From positions 289,094 through 319,093 of the forward strand of contig NZ_JBJYIN010000001.1 of assembly GCF_046237015.1 (NCBI RefSeq): a stretch of DNA of 30,000 nucleotides, in the 5' to 3' direction. A program made the position numbers and the translations under genes. The notes beneath the pieces were generated by a model. It searched no databases. It was not told the origin of the DNA and saw nothing but the letters and a program-made list of their open reading frames with translations. The DNA is from Pectobacterium sp. B1J-3 (GTDB lineage Bacteria; Pseudomonadota; Gammaproteobacteria; Enterobacterales; Enterobacteriaceae). Below are positions 26,603 through 30,000 of the stretch, piece by piece. Positions within the stretch are counted from its first letter, which is position 1. Every line of letters starts with the position of its first letter.

Positions 26603-27118
26603 TTATAAAGAAACGCAGAGTGCGTAAATTTGTTGTAATACCTCATCTTTCTCTTTATTCGCATCAATAACGTAATGTGCGCTTTCGTGATAAAGCGGAT
26701 CGCGCTCGTTAATAATACCCGTAATCTCTTCAGTAATAGACAGACCTGTAAGTGAAGGACGCTGACTGACTGCCGGGTTTGATTTCAGTCGTGCTACTAC
26801 GGTTTCGGCAGAGGTGGCAAGATAAAATACAATACCGTTATTTTTCATACAGAGACGTTTTTTTTCCGAGACCACCATCCCGCCGCCTGTCGCCACCACG
26901 GCATCACATAACATGACGTCTTCGAGAATCTGGCTTTCGATTTCACGGAAACGATCCCAGCCTTGCTCATCAACGATTTGTGCGATGGTTTTATTCGTTT
27001 TTTTTTGTACTAGATCGTCCGTATCAATAAAATGCCGAAGTAGCTGAGCGGCCAACATTTTCCCAACGGTTGTTTTACCAGATGCGCGCGGACCAACTAA
27101 AATAATCGAATGAGACAT
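26603..27118 (-). CDS. aroL: shikimate kinase (AroL-like, type II)
   Basis: 171 aa. Walker A LVGPRASGKTTVG, then ..DTDD.., ..ATGGGMV.. and ..NNGIVFYL..RPSLTG.. parallel E. coli AroL (LIGPRGCGKTTVG..NNGIVVYL..RPTLTG) more closely than AroK. Starts 9 nt after the ydiL-like stop. Confidence 0.85.
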   Translation of the reverse strand: MSHSIILVGPRASGKTTVGKMLAAQLLRHFIDTDDLVQKKTNKTIAQIVDEQGWDRFREIESQILEDVMLCDAVVATGGGMVVSEKKRLCMKNNGIVFYLATSAETVVARLKSNPAVSQRPSLTGLSITEEITGIINERDPLYHESAHYVIDANKEKDEVLQQIYALCVSL

Positions 27119-27127
27119 CTATTATCC

Positions 27128-27487
27128 CTAACATAAATGTTCTAGGTTGTGTGCGTAAAGTTCGGCAGCGACAGATTGGTATATTTTCCACTCAATATAA
27201 TCACCTTCGGTATAAACGGTACGAAAGTCAGCATAATCTGGGAAAAAACGCATAGTATTATTCCCGATGCGATTATTGATTTTCTCTATGATGGCATTAA
27301 TCTGTTGCTTCCGTTTTTTATTCATCATCATCAATGTATCAATAACCTCAGTAGGTATCGGATGAGAGTCGTTTTCCCATAAACGCCAGGTTTCGCTTTC
27401 AGCCCCATTTGCGATATAGGTTGCAGCTTCATCAATACTCATAAAAAATAATTGACGTAAGGCCTGTAGCTCTAAATGGTTCATCAT
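27128..27487 (-). CDS. ydiL: small cytoplasmic HTH-like protein, YdiL/DUF1870-like
   Basis: The ORF track starts at TTG 27502. I prefer the ATG at 27487 (MMNHLELQALRQLF..), with GGAAG upstream. Assignment rests mainly on size (~119 aa) and on its position upstream of ydiM, as in E. coli. The sequence-level match is recalled only vaguely. Confidence 0.55.
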   Translation of the reverse strand: MMNHLELQALRQLFFMSIDEAATYIANGAESETWRLWENDSHPIPTEVIDTLMMMNKKRKQQINAIIEKINNRIGNNTMRFFPDYADFRTVYTEGDYIEWKIYQSVAAELYAHNLEHLC

Positions 27488-27633
27488 AATACAGCTTCCC
27501 AAAAAAAATGAATATTCAAGTTAGTAAATAACATCATTTTCTATTAATCGGTTTGATTATTGTCACACTATTTTGTGCAACATTATTTATTTTGATTATG
27601 GCGTTGAAATGTAAATTATGGCTCATAATGTGT

Positions 27634-27651
27634 TGTAATGTCATATTTCCA
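27634..27651. promoter_or_regulatory. TyrR-box-like palindrome upstream of ydiL-aroL
   Basis: TGTAAT-gtcata-TTTCCA matches 10/12 positions of TGTAAA-N6-TTTACA. A weaker one lies at 27610-27627 (TGTAAA-ttatgg-CTCATA, 9/12). They sit 120-165 nt upstream of the ydiL-like start. E. coli aroL is TyrR-regulated. Confidence 0.25.
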
Positions 27652-27751
27652 ATATAGCCACTAACACTTTGTTAGTCATATATTCACTCCAATCATCAGA
27701 ACAACGCCTCATTTTTATCAAAAGCGTTCCAATGAGCAAAACTAAATAGCT

Positions 27752-27857
27752 TATGCCCGTCATACTTCAAGTTACATAAGCGTTGGCTATGTCATTCATG
27801 AGCCTCGTCTCGTTAGGACCGCTGCAAGCAACGCTCAAATCTGCTCCCAGCAGATTT
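27752..27857. repeat. truncated ERIC (one terminus plus the same internal-insertion block as copy B)
   Basis: TATGCCCGTCATACTTCAAGTTACATAAGCGTTGGCT.. is followed by TCATGAGCCTCGTCTCGTTAGGACCGCTGCAAGCAACGCTCAAATCTGCTCCCAGCAGATTT. The second part is the reverse complement, with substitutions, of the insertion in copy B (3465-3530). The element stops there, ~50 bp from the tmcA stop. Confidence 0.7.
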
Positions 27858-27907
27858 ATCATTCGATCCAAAAAACACTAAGTACTCCAAGTGGTTATTT
27901 TTTACTC

Positions 27908-29992
27908 TCAGGAGAACGCTCCCGTTGATACCCAATTACGCCACTGTAGGCAGGCAAGCGCATTATGTTCGCTCAATGCAGTGGCGGTTTCCTCGCGCCA
28001 TTGCCTTAGCAACGCTTTTTTCCCCGACAGGCCGAGCGAGGCGGCTGACATTTCGCTATTAAGCGGCTGTTCAATCAATAAACGCAGCGCTGGCAATGCC
28101 TGCTGGGAATGCGAAATTAATCGGCACAGCGCGGCATAGCAAGATTCCATTGGCCGATGGGCAAACGCAAAGCCTGACAACGCTCGCCAATCGTCATCGT
28201 TTAGCAATGTATTTTCATCGGGTGCCAAAGGTAAATCGATTGGAATGAGACGGCGTAACCAAAACCAGTCCCGTTCAAACACGTTCATACTGTGTTCAAC
28301 TAACTGTTGTCCGGCTTCGCTTAGCGGAAACAACGCCATTGCGCTGTAACAACCACTACTGGCTTCAAGATGGCTACCGATACGAACCAGCTTAAAATCA
28401 CAGGCTTGCCAAAACGACCACAGATCAGGCTGGTAGCCAAAGCTCACGGACAAGTAATCCAACCCTTGAGACTGCGCCACACGTTTTTGTGCTTCAATCA
28501 GCATATGGCCAATACCTTGACGACGCTGTGAAGCCGATATGGCAATACGACTGATACGACGTGCCAACAACATCGGCGCATAGGTTATCCCACCGTGTGC
28601 AGCTAACGACTGGGCGACTAAATTCCCCCGCGGACGACGTTTTCCGGCCCACACGGCATGCGCCAATTCAGCAGATAATCCTCCCTCATCTACCATCCAT
28701 AGCACACCATCAACCTCATGCTTTACGTTATTTTTCACGCTCGCACTGTAGACATGCATACCGGGTGCATCCAGCAAACGTCGAAGATCGAGCGGTGAGG
28801 TTCGGTAGTGTGCGCTACATAGCAGTGCGTAGCATTGCTGCATACGTTGCGGATGGCACAACCAGTCATCAGGGTGTTCTTCTCTGATATCCCAGCATGA
28901 TAATTGAACGCTCTGACCACTTTTACCACTCGGTTGCACTTGCCCATCGTGCCTGTACTCATCGAATAACAGTGCCTGATCGACAATGCGCTCCAACGGA
29001 TCGTGATTAGCCCAGCGTAAAGGCTCATCTAAAGTAAAGGCCTGCCACTGCGGCAACGTGGCACAAAATTTTAATAAAAAGCCACGCCCTGTGCCTTCAT
29101 AGCCCATTACCGTTGTTGTCATCAAAATTCGGGGAAAATACGCAAGCAAGGCATGCAAAACAGGAGAAGGAATCGAGGCGGCTTCGTCAATTAATAACCA
29201 ATCGACTGGAGGTAATGGGTTGAGGCGACAATACGCCAGCAACGCATCTGGTGCCCAAAATCGCACATCATGACGAGCATGGTATTGTAATACATCCGTT
29301 GCTGAGCGGGAGGGGGCTGTTATCCAACAAGGCCCGGAGCAACGTTGCGTCAGCATGCCAGCCACTGCCGATTTGCCACGCCCACGAGAGGCGGTAATCA
29401 CATAGACGCCCTGTCTGGCGGCATACAATTGCGCCAGAATATGCTGTTGCTGAACCGTGGGCTCACCAGAGGCAGGTTTCCAGTCTACGCGGGGAGATAG
29501 CGGGTTGATGGTTAGCGGTAGCCCCTGTTGCCAAATCACCACATCTTCATCTGCAAGCAAATGACGTTGAAAGTGCTGAATAAAACGCGGTGTAGCGATA
29601 GGATTCGGCCTATCGCTCCAGCGCAGGCTGTCACTGTCCGGTAAAGCGGGCCAATCCTGCCACGGTGGAACCAACAGCAATAACCAGCTCCCCGCCAGAA
29701 GCGTACCTGACAACATCGCCAGCGCTTCAACATCCAGCCCGTGACGCGCATCAAACGCCACGTGCTTAAGTTCTTGCCCAAGCCGTGTACGAACATGACT
29801 GGCAACTAGCGCCGTTACGCCCTGCGGCGCATGTTCACTGACCCATAACCAGTCATTTCCCGTACATGCCGTCAGCAATAATGCCTGTTTTTCAGTCCAA
29901 GCAGCATCACCACTCAACACCAACAAACGCCGCACACCGTAGCGAACGTGCAGGGACTGCTGGTGTAAAAAGTCTGAAAGCCGGGTTCTCAT
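27908..29992 (-). CDS. tmcA: tRNA(Met) cytidine acetyltransferase
   Basis: 694 aa. Walker A ASRGRGKSAVAG, DEAA(S)IP helicase-type motif, YEGTGRGF, HYRTSPLDLRRLLD, and GNAT motif RISRIAISASQRRQGIGHMLIE. Colinear with remembered E. coli TmcA (YpfI). Confidence 0.9.
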   Translation of the reverse strand: MRTRLSDFLHQQSLHVRYGVRRLLVLSGDAAWTEKQALLLTACTGNDWLWVSEHAPQGVTALVASHVRTRLGQELKHVAFDARHGLDVEALAMLSGTLLAGSWLLLLVPPWQDWPALPDSDSLRWSDRPNPIATPRFIQHFQRHLLADEDVVIWQQGLPLTINPLSPRVDWKPASGEPTVQQQHILAQLYAARQGVYVITASRGRGKSAVAGMLTQRCSGPCWITAPSRSATDVLQYHARHDVRFWAPDALLAYCRLNPLPPVDWLLIDEAASIPSPVLHALLAYFPRILMTTTVMGYEGTGRGFLLKFCATLPQWQAFTLDEPLRWANHDPLERIVDQALLFDEYRHDGQVQPSGKSGQSVQLSCWDIREEHPDDWLCHPQRMQQCYALLCSAHYRTSPLDLRRLLDAPGMHVYSASVKNNVKHEVDGVLWMVDEGGLSAELAHAVWAGKRRPRGNLVAQSLAAHGGITYAPMLLARRISRIAISASQRRQGIGHMLIEAQKRVAQSQGLDYLSVSFGYQPDLWSFWQACDFKLVRIGSHLEASSGCYSAMALFPLSEAGQQLVEHSMNVFERDWFWLRRLIPIDLPLAPDENTLLNDDDWRALSGFAFAHRPMESCYAALCRLISHSQQALPALRLLIEQPLNSEMSAASLGLSGKKALLRQWREETATALSEHNALACLQWRNWVSTGAFS

Positions 29993-30000
29993 GGGAAGAA

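Noticed and set aside
27503-27751. Looked for the RprA small RNA, which lies just upstream of ydiL in E. coli
   Set aside because: Neither strand contains the remembered RprA 3' terminator (CCCATC..GATGGGCTTTTTTT) or its 5' region. The only T-run (27501-27508 complement) follows an AT-only palindrome (TGAATATTCA) that cannot form a stable stem. ydiK is also absent, being replaced by tmcA.

Overview
Chromosomal segment from an ERIC-rich member of the Enterobacterales; the genus cannot be determined by eye. No rRNA, tRNA, CRISPR array, transposase or integrase was recognised.

Gene content, left to right:
- The end of an AtoA-like CoA-transferase gene and an atoB-like thiolase (+).
- A convergent methyl-accepting chemotaxis protein gene (-).
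- A ~0.7-kb pile-up of ERIC-derived repeats.
- A YpfH-like esterase (-).
- A tandemly duplicated toxin/immunity-like module. It holds an intact 509-aa GxSxG lipase plus a 368-aa membrane-anchored partner. Next to it lie an in-frame 82-codon remnant of the lipase and a 370-aa mosaic paralogue of the partner.
- One canonical 127-bp ERIC.
- A LOG-Nudix gene pair.
- A ~17-kb block colinear with the E. coli K-12 ydi locus: fadK-ydiTSRQ, divergent ydiP, ydiO-ydiF-aroD-ydiB-ydiN, ydiM, ydiL. It carries two extra genes, a LysR regulator and an aroL-like shikimate kinase.
- tmcA (-).

The part most worth a second look is the lipase/partner array at ~4.67-9.17 kb. It looks like an orphan T6SS Tle/Tli-type effector-immunity array with no secretion genes nearby. 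The two partner genes are nucleotide-identical in their flanks but carry a sharply divergent ~190-nt core. The second lipase copy has been reduced to a start-to-stop in-frame mini-ORF that keeps the 4-nt overlap with its partner gene. All family assignments rest on motifs and remembered homologues, not on searches.
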